Assembly (NCBI GenBank): GCA_964016885.1
Contig: OZ024740.1
Coordinates: 3,100,001 to 3,164,000 of the forward strand
DNA length: 64,000 nucleotides
Reading direction: 5' to 3'
Origin: Eledone cirrhosa
Taxonomy: Eukaryota
This document shows positions 12,901 to 27,900 of the stretch, in pieces (the first letter of the stretch is position 1; the number at the start of each line of letters is the position of its first letter). The notes under the pieces are model-generated. The model did not search any database and had not been told where the DNA came from. It was given only the letters and a program-made list of their open reading frames with translations. The position numbers were made by a program, and so were the translations under genes.

Positions 12901-15900
12901 ACCCCCCACACAGAGATACAAGTACAGAGACAAGTAGAAGCCATCATCACCCCCCACACAGAGATACAAGTACAGAGACAAGTAGAAGCCATCACACCCC
13001 CCCACACAGAGATACAAGTACAGAGACAAGTAAAAGACATCATCACCCCCCACACAGAGATGCAAGTAGAGAGACAAGTAGAAGACATCATCACCCCCAC
13101 ACAGAGATACAAGTACAGAGACAAGTAGAAGACATCATCACCCCCACACAGAGATACAAGTACAGAGACAAGTAGAAGATATCATCACCCCCCACACAGA
13201 GATACACGTACAGAGACAAGTAGAAGACATCATCATCCCCCACACAGAGATACAAGTACAGAGACAAGTAGAAGATATCATCACCCCACACAGAGAAACA
13301 AATACAGAGACAAGTAGAAGCCATCATCACCCCCACACAGAGATACAAGTACAGAGACAAGTAGAAGCCATCATCACCCCCCACACAGAGATACAAGTAC
13401 AGAGACAAGTAGAAGCCATCATCCCCCACACACAGAGATACAAGTACAGAGACAAGTAGAAGCCATCATCCCCCCCACACAGAGATACAAGTACAGAGAC
13501 AAGTAGAACATATCATCACCCTCCACACAGAGATGCAAGTACTGAGACAAGTAGAAGCCATCATCCCCCCACACAGAGATACAAGTACAGAGACAAGTAG
13601 AAGATATCATCACCCCCCACACAGAGATACAAGTACAGAGACAAGTAGAAGACATCATCACCCCCCCCCACACACACACAGAGATACAAGTACAGAGACA
13701 AGTAGAAGACATCATCACCCCCCACACAGAGATACAAGTACAGAGACAAGTAGAAGATATCATCATCCCCCACACAGAGATGCAAGTACAGAGACAAGTA
13801 GAAGCCATCATCCCCCCCACACAGAGATACAAGTACAGAGACAAGTAGAAGATATCATCACCCCCCACACAGAGATGCAAGTACAGAGACAAGTAGAAGC
13901 CATCATCACCCCCCACACAGAGATACAAGTAGAAGCCATCATCACCCCCCACACAGAGATGCAAGTACAGAGACAAGTAGAAGCCATCATCACCCCCCAC
14001 ACAGAGATACAAGTACAGAGACAAGTAGAAGCCATCATCCCCCACACACAGAGATACAAGTACAGAGACAAGTAGAAGCCATCATCCCCCCCTCACAGAG
14101 ATACAAGTACAGAGACAAGTAGAAGATATCATCACCCTCCACACAAAGATGCAAGTACAGAGACCAGTAGAAGCCATCATCCCCCCCACACAGAGATACA
14201 AGTACAGAGACAAGTAGAAGATATCATCACCCCCCACAAAGAGATACAAGTACAGAGACAAGTAGAAGCCATCATCACCCCCCACACAGAGATACATGTA
14301 CAGAGACAAGTAGAAGCCATCATCACCCCCCACACAGAGATACAAGTACAGAGACAAGTAGAAGATATCATCACCCCCCACACAGAGATACAAGTACAGA
14401 GACAAATAGAAGCCATCATCACCCCCACACATAGATACAAGTACAGAGACAAGTAGAAGACATCATCACCCCCCACACAGAGATACAAGTACAGAGACAA
14501 GTAGAAGCCATCATCACCCCCCACACAGAGATACAAGTACAGAGACAAGTAGAAGACATCATCACCCCCACACAGAGATACAAGTACAGAGACAAGTAGA
14601 AGATATCATCACGCCCCACACAGAGATGCAAGTACAGAGACAAGTAGAAGCCATCATCCTCCCACACAGAGATACAAGTACAGAGACAAGTAGAAGATAT
14701 CATCACCCCCCACACAGAGATGCAAGTACAGAGACAAGTAGAAGCCATCATCACCCCCCACACAGAGATACAAGTACAGAGACAAGTAGAAGCCATCATC
14801 ACCCCCCACACAGAGATACAAGTAGAAGACATCATCACACCCCACACAGAGATACAAGTACAGAGACAAGTAGAAGACGTCATCACGCCCCACACAGAGA
14901 TACAAGTACAGAGACAAGTAGAAGCCATCATCACCCCCCACACAGAGATACAAGTACACAGACAAGTAGAAGACATCATCACCCCCCACACAGAGATACA
15001 AGTACAGAGACAAGTAGAAGATATCATCACGCCCCACACAGAGATGCAAGTACAGAGACAAGTAGAAGCCATCACCCCCCACACAGAGATACAAGTACAG
15101 AGACAAGTAGAAGCCATCATCACCCCCCACACAGAGATACAAGTACAGAGACAAGTAGAAGACATCATCACCCCCCACACAGAGATACAAGTACAGAGAC
15201 AAGTGGAAGGTATCATCACTGTCCACACAGAGATGCAAGTACAGAGACAAGTAGAAGCCATCATCCCCCCACACAGATATACAAGTACAGAGAAAAGTAG
15301 AAGATATCACCCCCCCACACACACACACAGAGATACACGTACAGAGACAAGTAGAAGACATCATCACCCCCACACAGAGATACAAGTACAGAGACAAGTA
15401 GAAGATATCAACACCCCCCACACAGAGATACAAGTACAGATACAAGTAGAAGATATCATCACCCCCCACACAGAGATACAAGTACAGAGACAAGTAGAAG
15501 ATATCATCACCCCCCACACAGAGATACACGTACAGAGACAAGTAGAAGACATCATCATCCCCCAAACAGAGATACAAGTACAGAGACAAGTAGAAGATAT
15601 CATCACCCCCCACACAGAGATACAAGTACAGAGACAAGTAGAAGACATCATCACCCCCCACACAGAGAAACAAATACAGAGACAAGTAGAAGCCATCGTC
15701 ACCCCCACACAGAGATACAAGTACAGAGACAAGTAGAAGATATCATCACCCCCCACACAGAGATACACGTACAGAGACAAGTAGAAGACATCATCACCCC
15801 CAACACAGAGATACAAGTACAGAGACAAGTAGAAGACATCATCACACCCCACACAGAGATACAAGTACAGAGACAAGTAGAAGACATCATCACCCCCCAC

Positions 15901-18900
15901 ACAGAGATACAAGTACAGAGACAAGTAGAAGGCATCATCACCCCCCACACAGAGATACAAGTACAGAGACAAGTAGAAGACATCATCACCCCCCACACAG
16001 AGATACAAGTACAGAGACAAGTAGAAGATATCATCACCCCCCCACACAGAGATGCAAGTACAGATACAAGTAGAAGCCATCATCACCCCCCACACAGAGA
16101 TGCAAGTACAGAGACAAGTAGAGCCATCATCACCCCCACACAGAGATACAAGTAGAAGCCATCATCACCCCCCACACAGAGATGCAAGTACAGAGACAAG
16201 TAGAAGCCATCATCCCCCACACACAGAGATACAAGTACAGAGACAAGTAGAAGCCATCATCCCCCCCACACAGAGATACAAGTACAGAGACAAGTAGAAG
16301 ATATCATCACCCTCCACACAGAGATGCAAGTACAGAGACGAGTAGAAGCCATCATCCCCCCCACACAGAGATACAAGTACAGAGAAAAGTAGAAGATATC
16401 ATCACCCCCCACACAGAGATACAAGTACAGAGACAAGTAGAAGCCATCATCACCCCCCACACAGAGATACAAGTACAGAGACAAGTAGAAGCCATCATCA
16501 CCCCCCACACAGAGATACAAGTACAGAGACAAGTAGAAGACATCATCACCCCCCACACAGAGATACAAGTACAGAGACAATTAGAAGACATCGTCAACCC
16601 ACACAGAGATACAAGTACAGAGACAAGTAGAAGCCATCATCCCCCCCCACACACAGAGATACAAGTACAGAAACAAGTAGAAGCCATCGTCACCCCCCAC
16701 ACAGAGATACAAGTACAGAGACAAGTAGAAGCCATCATCACCCCCCACACAGAGATACAAGTACAGAGACAAGTAGAAGCCATCACACCCCCCCACACAG
16801 AGATACAAGTACAGAGACAAGTAAAAGACATCATCACCCCCCACACAGAGATGCAAGTAGAGAGACAAGTAGAAGACATCATCACCCCCACACAGAGATA
16901 CAAGTACAGAGACAAGTAGAAGACATCATCACCCCCACACAGAGATACAAGTACAGAGACAAGTAGAAGATATCATCACCCCCCACACAGAGATACACGT
17001 ACAGAGACAAGTAGAAGACATCATCATCCCCCACACAGAGATACAAGTACAGAGACAAGTAGAAGATATCATCACCCCACACAGAGAAACAAATACAGAG
17101 ACAAGTAGAAGCCATCATCACCCCCACACAGAGATACAAGTACAGAGACAAGTAGAAGCCATCATCACCCCCCACACAGAGATACAAGTACAGAGACAAG
17201 TAGAAGCCATCATCCCCCACACACAGAGATACAAGTACAGAGACAAGTAGAAGCCATCATCCCCCCCACACAGAGATACAAGTACAGAGACAAGTAGAAC
17301 ATATCATCACCCTCCACACAGAGATGCAAGTACTGAGACAAGTAGAAGCCATCATCCCCCCACACAGAGATACAAGTACAGAGACAAGTAGAAGATATCA
17401 TCACCCCCCACACAGAGATACAAGTACAGAGACAAGTAGAAGACATCATCACCCCCCCCCACACACACACAGAGATACAAGTACAGAGACAAGTAGAAGA
17501 CATCATCACCCCCCACACAGAGATACAAGTACAGAGACAAGTAGAAGATATCATCATCCCCCACACAGAGATGCAAGTACAGAGACAAGTAGAAGCCATC
17601 ATCCCCCCCACACAGAGATACAAGTACAGAGACAAGTAGAAGATATCATCACCCCCCACACAGAGATGCAAGTACAGAGACAAGTAGAAGCCATCATCAC
17701 CCCCCACACAGAGATACAAGTAGAAGCCATCATCACCCCCCACACAGAGATGCAAGTACAGAGACAAGTAGAAGCCATCATCACCCCCCACACAGAGATA
17801 CAAGTACAGAGACAAGTAGAAGCCATCATCCCCCACACACAGAGATACAAGTACAGAGACAAGTAGAAGCCATCATCCCCCCCTCACAGAGATACAAGTA
17901 CAGAGACAAGTAGAAGATATCATCACCCTCCACACAAAGATGCAAGTACAGAGACCAGTAGAAGCCATCATCCCCCCCACACAGAGATACAAGTACAGAG
18001 ACAAGTAGAAGATATCATCACCCCCCACAAAGAGATACAAGTACAGAGACAAGTAGAAGCCATCATCACCCCCCACACAGAGATACATGTACAGAGACAA
18101 GTAGAAGCCATCATCACCCCCCACACAGAGATACAAGTACAGAGACAAGTAGAAGATATCATCACCCCCCACACAGAGATACAAGTACAGAGACAAATAG
18201 AAGCCATCATCACCCCCACACATAGATACAAGTACAGAGACAAGTAGAAGACATCATCACCCCCCACACAGAGATACAAGTACAGAGACAAGTAGAAGCC
18301 ATCATCACCCCCCACACAGAGATACAAGTACAGAGACAAGTAGAAGACATCATCACCCCCACACAGAGATACAAGTACAGAGACAAGTAGAAGATATCAT
18401 CACGCCCCACACAGAGATGCAAGTACAGAGACAAGTAGAAGCCATCATCCTCCCACACAGAGATACAAGTACAGAGACAAGTAGAAGATATCATCACCCC
18501 CCACACAGAGATGCAAGTACAGAGACAAGTAGAAGCCATCATCACCCCCCACACAGAGATACAAGTACAGAGACAAGTAGAAGCCATCATCACCCCCCAC
18601 ACAGAGATACAAGTAGAAGACATCATCACACCCCACACAGAGATACAAGTACAGAGACAAGTAGAAGACGTCATCACGCCCCACACAGAGATACAAGTAC
18701 AGAGACAAGTAGAAGCCATCATCACCCCCCACACAGAGATACAAGTACACAGACAAGTAGAAGACATCATCACCCCCCACACAGAGATACAAGTACAGAG
18801 ACAAGTAGAAGATATCATCACGCCCCACACAGAGATGCAAGTACAGAGACAAGTAGAAGCCATCACCCCCCACACAGAGATACAAGTACAGAGACAAGTA

Positions 18901-21900
18901 GAAGCCATCATCACCCCCCACACAGAGATACAAGTACAGAGACAAGTAGAAGACATCATCACCCCCCACACAGAGATACAAGTACAGAGACAAGTGGAAG
19001 GTATCATCACTGTCCACACAGAGATGCAAGTACAGAGACAAGTAGAAGCCATCATCCCCCCACACAGATATACAAGTACAGAGAAAAGTAGAAGATATCA
19101 CCCCCCCACACACACACACAGAGATACACGTACAGAGACAAGTAGAAGACATCATCACCCCCACACAGAGATACAAGTACAGAGACAAGTAGAAGATATC
19201 AACACCCCCCACACAGAGATACAAGTACAGATACAAGTAGAAGATATCATCACCCCCCACACAGAGATACAAGTACAGAGACAAGTAGAAGATATCATCA
19301 CCCCCCACACAGAGATACACGTACAGAGACAAGTAGAAGACATCATCATCCCCCAAACAGAGATACAAGTACAGAGACAAGTAGAAGATATCATCACCCC
19401 CCACACAGAGATACAAGTACAGAGACAAGTAGAAGACATCATCACCCCCCACACAGAGAAACAAATACAGAGACAAGTAGAAGCCATCGTCACCCCCACA
19501 CAGAGATACAAGTACAGAGACAAGTAGAAGATATCATCACCCCCCACACAGAGATACACGTACAGAGACAAGTAGAAGACATCATCACCCCCAACACAGA
19601 GATACAAGTACAGAGACAAGTAGAAGACATCATCACACCCCACACAGAGATACAAGTACAGAGACAAGTAGAAGACATCATCACCCCCCACACAGAGATA
19701 CAAGTACAGAGACAAGTAGAAGGCATCATCACCCCCCACACAGAGATACAAGTACAGAGACAAGTAGAAGACATCATCACCCCCCACACAGAGATACAAG
19801 TACAGAGACAAGTAGAAGATATCATCACCCCCCCACACAGAGATGCAAGTACAGAGACAAGTAGAAGCCATCATCCCCCCACACAGAGATACAAGTACAG
19901 AGACAAGTAGAAGATATCATCACCCCCACACAGAGATGCAAGTACAGAGACAAGTAGAAGCCATCATCACCCCCACACAAAGATACAAGTAGAAGCCATC
20001 ATCACCCCCCACACAGAAATGCAAGTACAGAGACAAGTAGAAGCCATCATCACCTCCCAAACAGAGATACAAGTACAGAGACAAGTAGAAGCCATCATCC
20101 CCCACACACAGAGATACAAGTACAGAGACAAGTAGAAGCCATCATACCCCCCACACAGAGATACAAGTACAGAGACAAGTAGAAGATATCATCACCCTCC
20201 ACACAGAGATGCAAGTACAGAGACGAGTAGAAGCCATCATCCCCCCCACACAGAGATACAAGTACAGAGACAAGTAGAAGATATCATCACCCCCCACACA
20301 GAGATACAAGTACAGAGACAAGTAGAAGCCATCATCACCCCCCCACACAGAGATACAAGTACAGAGACAAGTAGAAGCCATCATCACCCCCCACACAGAG
20401 ATACAAGTACAGAGACAAGTAGAAGACATCATCACCCCCCACACAGAGATACAAGTACAGAGATAAATAGAAGACATCGTCAACCCACACAGAGATACAA
20501 TTACAGAGACAAGTAGAATCCATCATCCCCCCATCCCACACAGAGATACAAGTACAGAGACAAGTAGAAGCCATCGTCACCCCCCACACAGAGATACAAG
20601 TACAGAGACAAGTAGAAGCCATCATCACCCCCCACAGAGAGATACAAGTACAGAGACAAGTAGAAGCCATCACACCCCCCACACAGAGATACAAGTACAG
20701 AGAGAAGTAAAAGACATCATCACCCCCCACACAGAGATGCAAGTAGAGAGACATGTAGAAGACATCATCACCCCCACACAGAGATACAAGTACAGAGACA
20801 AGTAGAAGACATCATCACCCCCCACACAGAGATACAAGTACAGAGACAAGTAGAAGACATCACCACCCCCACACAGAGATACAAGTACAGAGACAAGTAG
20901 AAGATATCATCACCCCCCACACAGAGATACACGTACAGAGACAAGTAGAAGACATCATCATCCCCCACACAGAGATACAAGTACAGAGACAAGTAGAAGA
21001 TATCATCAACCCCCACACAGAGAAACAAATACAAAGACAAGTAGAAGCCATCATCACCCCCACACAGAGATACAAGTACAGAGACAAGTAGAAGCCATCA
21101 TCACCCCCCACACAGAGATACAAGTACAGAGACAAGTAGAAGATATCATCACCCCCCACACAGAGATGCAAGTACAGAGACAAGTAGAAGCCATCATCCC
21201 CCCACACAGAGATACAAGTACAGAGACAAGTAGAAGATATCATCACCCCCACACAGAGATGCAAGTACAGAGACAAGTAGAAGCCATCATCACCCCCACA
21301 CAAAGATACAAGTAGAAGCCATCATCACCCCCCACACAGAGATGCAAGTACAGAGACAAGTAGAAGCCATCATCACCTCCCAAACAGAGATACAAGTACA
21401 GAGACAAGTAGAAGCCATCATCCCCCACACACAGAGATACAAGTACAGAGACAAGTAGAAGCCATCATACCCCCCACACAGAGATACAAGTACAGAGACA
21501 AGTAGAAGATATCATCACCCTCCACACAGAGATGCAAGTACAGAGACGAGTAGAAGCCATCATCCCCCCCACACAGAGATACAAGTACAGAGACAAGTAG
21601 AAGATATCATCACCCCCACACAGAGATACAAGTACAGAGACAAGTAGAAGCCATCATCACCCCCCACACAGAGATACAAGTACAGAGACAAGTAGAAGCC
21701 ATCATCACCCCCCACACAGAGATACAAGTACAGAGACAAGTAGAAGACATCATCACCCCCCACACAGAGATACAAGTACAGAGACAAATAGAAGACATCG
21801 TCAACCCACACAGAGATACAAGTACAGAGACAAGTAGAAGATATCATCACCCCCCACACAGAGATACACGTACAGAGACAAGTAGAAGACATCATCATCC

Positions 21901-24900
21901 CCCAAACAGAGATACAAGTACAGAGACAAGTAGAAGATATCATCACCCCCCACACAGAGATACAAGTACAGAGACAAGTAGAAGACATCATCACCCCCCA
22001 CACAGAGAAACAAATACAGAGACAAGTAGAAGCCATCATCACCCCCACACAGAGATACAAGTACAGAGACAAGTAGAAGATATTATCACCCCCCACACAG
22101 AGATACAAGTACAGAGACAAGTAGAAGACATCATCACACCCCACACAGAGATACAAGTACAGAGACAAGTAGAAGACATCATCACCCCCCACACAGAGAT
22201 ACAAGTACAGAGACAAGTAGAAGGCATCATCACCCCCCACACAGAGATACAAGTACAGAGACAAGTAGAAGACATCATCACCCCCCACACAGAGATACAA
22301 GTACAGAGACAAGTAGAAGATATCATCACCCCCCACACAGAGATGCAAGTACAGAGACAAGTAGAAGCCATCATCCCCCCACACAGAGATACAAGTACAG
22401 AGACAAGTAGAAGATATCATCACCCCCACACAGAGATGCAAGTACAGAGACAAGTAGAAGCCATCATCACCCCCACACAAAGATACAAGTAGAAGCCATC
22501 ATCACCCCCCACACAGAGATGCAAGTACAGAGACAAGTAGAAGCCATCATCACCTCCCAAACAGAGATACAAGTACAGAGACATGTAGAAGCCATCATCC
22601 CCCACACACAGAGATACAAGTACAGAGACAAGTAGAAGCCATCATACCCCCCACACAGAGATACAAGTACAGAGACAAGTAGAAGATATCATCACCCTCC
22701 ACACAGAGATGCAAGTACAGAGACGAGTAGAAGCCATCATCCCCCCCACACAGAGATACAAGTACAGAGACAAGTAGAAGATATCATCACCCCCCACACA
22801 GAGATACAAGTACAGAGACAAGTAGAAGCCATCATCACCCCCCCACACAGAGATACAAGTACAGAGACAAGTAGAAGCCATCATCACCCCCCACACAGAG
22901 ATACAAGTACAGAGACAAGTAGAAGACATCATCACCCCCCACACAGAGATACAAGTACAGAGACAAATAGAAGACATCGTCAACCCACACAGAGATACAA
23001 TTACAGAGACAAGTAGAATCCATCATCCCCCCATCCCACACAGAGATACAAGTACAGAGACAAGTAGAAGCCATCGTCACCCCCCACACAGAGATACAAG
23101 TACAGAGACAAGTAGAAGCCATCATCACCCCCCCACAGAGAGATACAAGTACAGAGACAAGTAGAAGCCATCACACCCCCCCCCCACACAGAGATACAAG
23201 TACAGAGACAAGTAAAAGACATCATCACCCCCCACACAGAGATGCAAGTAGAGAGACAAGTAGAAGACATCATCACCCCCACACAGAGATACAAGTACAG
23301 AGACAAGTAGAAGACATCATCACCCCCCACACAGAGATACAAGTACAGAGACAAGTAGAAGACATCACCACCCCCACACAGAGATACAAGTACAGAGACA
23401 AGTAGAAGATATCATCACCCCCCACACAGAGATACACGTACAGAGACAAGTAGAAGACATCATCATCCCCCACACAGAGATACAAGTACAGAGACAAGTA
23501 GAAGATATCATCAACCCCCACACAGAGAAACAAATACAGAGACAAGTAGAAGCCATCATCACCCCCACACAGAGATACAATTACAGAGACAAGTAGAAGC
23601 CATCATCACCCCCCACACAGAGATACAAGTACAGAGACAAGTAGAAGACATCATCACACCCCACACAGAGATACAAGTACAGAGACAAGTAGAAGACATC
23701 ATCACCCCCCACACAGAGATACAAGTACAGAGACAAGTAGAAGACATCATCACCCCCCACACAGAGATACAAGTACAGAGACAAGTAGAAGACATCATCA
23801 CCCCCCACACAGAGATACAAGTACAGAGACAAGTAGAAGATATCATCACCCCCCACACAGAGATGCAAGTACAGAGACAAGTAGAAGCCATCATCCCCCC
23901 ACACAGAGATACAAGTACAGAGACAAGTAGAAGATATCATCACCCCCACACAGAGATGCAAGTACAGAGACAAGTAGAAGCCATCATCACCCCCACACAG
24001 AGATACAAGTAGAAGCCATCATCACCCCCCACACAGAGATGCAAGTACAGAGACAAGTAGAAGCCATCATCCCCCACACACAGAGATACGAGTACAGAGA
24101 CAAGTAGAAGCCATCATCCCCCCCACACAGAGATACAAGTACAGAGACAAGTAGAAGATATCATCACCCTCCACACAGAGATGCAAGTACAGAGACGAGT
24201 AGAAGCCATCATCCCCCCCACACAGAGATACAAGTACAGAGACAAGTAGAAGATATCATCACCCCCCACACAGAGATACAAGTACAGAGACAAGTAGAAG
24301 CCATCATCACCCCCCACACAGAGATACAAGTACAGAGACAAGTAGAAGCCATCATCACCCCCCACACAGAGATACAAGTACAGAGACAAGTAGAAGACAT
24401 CATCACCCCCCACACAGAGATACAAGTACAGAGACAAATAGAAGACATCGTCAACCCACACAGAGATACAAGTACAGAGACAAGTAGAAGCCATCATCCC
24501 ACCCACACAGAGATACAAGTACAGAGACAAGTAGAAGCCATCGTCACCCCCCACACAGAGATACAAGTACAGAGACAAGTAGAAGCCATCATCACCCCCC
24601 ACACAGAGATACAAGTACAGAGACAAGTAGAAGCCATCACACCCCCCACACAGAGATACAAGTACAGAGACAAGTAAAAGACATCATCACCCCCCACACA
24701 GAGATGCAAGTAGAGAGACAAGTAGAAGACATCATCACCCCCACACAGAGATACAAGTACAGAGACAAGTAGAAGACATCATCACCCCCACACAGAGATA
24801 CAAGTACAGAGACAAGTAGAAGATATCATCACCCCCCACATAGAGATACAAGTACAGAGACAAATAGAAGATATCATCACCCCCCACATAGACATACAAG

Positions 24901-27900
24901 TACAGAGACAAGTAGAAGATATCATCACCCCCCACACAGAGATACAAGTACAGAGACAAGTAGAAGATATCAACACCCCCCACACAGAGATACAAGTACA
25001 GAGACAAGTAGAAGACATCATCACCCCCACACAGAGATACAAGTACAGAGACAAGTAGAAGATATCAACACCCCCCACACAGAGATACAAGTACAGAGAC
25101 AAGTAGAAGCCATCATCACCCCCACACAGAGATACAAGTACAGAGACAAGTAGAAGATATCATCACCCCCCACACAGAGATACAAGTACACAGACAAGTA
25201 GAATATAGCATCACACCCCACACAGAGATACACGTACAGAGACAAGTAGAAGCCATCATCACCCCCCACACAGAGATACAAGTACAGAGACAAGTAGAAG
25301 CCATCATCACCCCCCACACAGAGATACACGTACAGAGACAAGTAGAAGCCATCATCACCCCCCACACAGAGATACAAGTACAGAGACAGGTAGAAGATAT
25401 CATCACCCCCCCACACAGAGCTACAAGTACAGAGACAAGTAGAAGCCATCATCACCCCCCACACAGAGATACAAGTACAGAGACAAGTAGAAGCCATCAT
25501 CACACCCACACAGAGATACAAGTACAGAGACAAGTAGAAGCCATCACACCCCCACACAGAGATACAAGTACAGAGTCAAGTAAAAGACCTCATCGCCCCC
25601 GACACAGAGATGCAAGTAGAGAGACAAGTAGAAGACATCATCACCCCCACACAGAGATACAAGTACAGAGACAAGTAGAAGACATCATCACCCCCACACA
25701 GAGATACAAGTACAGAGACAAGTAGAAGATATCATCACCCCCCACACAGAGATACAAGTACAGAGACAAGTAGAAGATATCATCACCCCCCACACAGAGA
25801 TGCAAGTACAGAGACGAGTAGAAGCCATCATCACCCCCACACAGAGATACAAGTACAGAGACAAGTAGAAGATATCATCACCCCCCACACAGAGATACAA
25901 GTAGAGAGACAAGTAGAAGCCATCATCACCCCCCACACAGAGATACAAGTACAGAGACAAGTAGAAGCCATCATCACCCCCCACACAGAGATACAAGTAC
26001 AGAGACAAATAGAAGACATCGTCAACCCACACAGAGATACAAGTACAGAGACAAGTAGAAGCCATCATCCCCCCCACACAGAGATACAAGTACAGAGACA
26101 AGTAGAAGCCATCGTCACCCCCCACACTGAGATACAAGTACAGAGACAAGTAGAAGGTATCATCACCGTCCACACAGAGATGCAAGTACAGAGACAAGTA
26201 GAAGCCATCATCCCCCCACACAGAGATACAAGTACAGAGACAAGTAGAAGATATCATCACCCCCACCCACACAGAGATACACGTACAGAGACAAGTAGAA
26301 GACATCATCACCCCCACACAGAGATACAAGTACAGAGACAAGTAGAAGCCATCATCACCCCCCACACAGAGATACAAGTACAGAGACAAATAGAAGACAT
26401 CGTCAACCCACACAGAGATACAAGTACAGAGACAAGTAGAAGCCATCATCCCCCCCCACACAGAGATACAAGTACAGAGACAAGTAGAAGCCATCGTCAC
26501 CCCCCACACTGAGATACAAGTACAGAGACAAGTAGAAGGTATCATCACCGTCCACACAGAGATGCAAGTACAGAGACAAGTAGAAGCCATCATCCCCCCA
26601 CACAGAGATACAAGTACAGAGACAAGTAGAAGATATCATCACCCCCATCCACACAGAGATACACGTACAGAGACAAGTAGAAAACATCATCACACCCACA
26701 CAGAGATACAAGTACAGAGACAAGTAGAAGATATCAACACCCCCCACACAGAGATACAAGTACAGAGACAAGTAGAAGCCATCATCCCCCCACACAGAGA
26801 TACAAGTACAGAGACAAGTAGAAGATATCAACACCCCCCACACAGAGATACAAGTACAGATACAAGTAGAAGATATCATCACCCCCCACACAGAGATACA
26901 AGTACAGAGACAAGTAGAAGATATCATCACCCCCCACACAGAGATACAAGTACAGAGACAAGTAGAAGACATCATCACCCCCACACAGAGAAACAAATAC
27001 AGAGACAAGTTGAAGCCATCATCACCCCCACACAGAGATACAAGTACAGAGACAAGTAGAAGATATCATCACCCCCCCACACAGAGATACAAGTACAGAG
27101 ACAAGTAGAAGACATCATCACCCCCCACACAGAGATACAAGTACAGAGACAAGTAGAAGACATCATCACCCCCCATACAGAGATACAAGTACAGAGACAA
27201 GTAGAAGATATCATCACCCCCCACACAGAGATGCAAGTACAGAGACAAGTAGAAGCCATCATCCCCCCCACACAGAGATACAAGTACAGAGACAAATAAA
27301 AGACCTCATCGCCCCCACACAGAGATACAAGTACAGAGACAAGTAGAAGATATCATCACCCCCCACACAGAGATACAAGTACAGAGACAAGTAGAAGACA
27401 TCATCACCCCCCACACAGAGATACAAGTACAGAGACAAGTAGAAGATATCATCACCCCCAACACAGAGATGCAAGTACAGAGACAAGTAGAAGCCATCAT
27501 CCCCCCCACACAGAGATACAAGTACAGAGACAAGTAGAAGATATCATCACCCCCACACAGAGATGCAAGTACAGAGACAAGTAGAAGCCATCATCACCCC
27601 CACACAGAGATACAAGTAGAAGCCATCATCACCCCCCACACAGAGATGCAAGTACAGAGACAAGTAGAAGCCATCATCACCCGCCACACAGAGATACAAG
27701 TACAGAGACAAGTAGAAGCCATCATCCCCCACACACAGAGATACAAGTACAGAGACAAGTAGAAGATATCATCACCCTCCACACAGAGATGCAAGTACAG
27801 AGACGAGTAGAAGCCATCATCCCCCCCCCACACAGAGATACAAGTACAGAGACAAGTAGAAGATATCATCACCCCCCACACAGAGATACAAGTACAGAGA

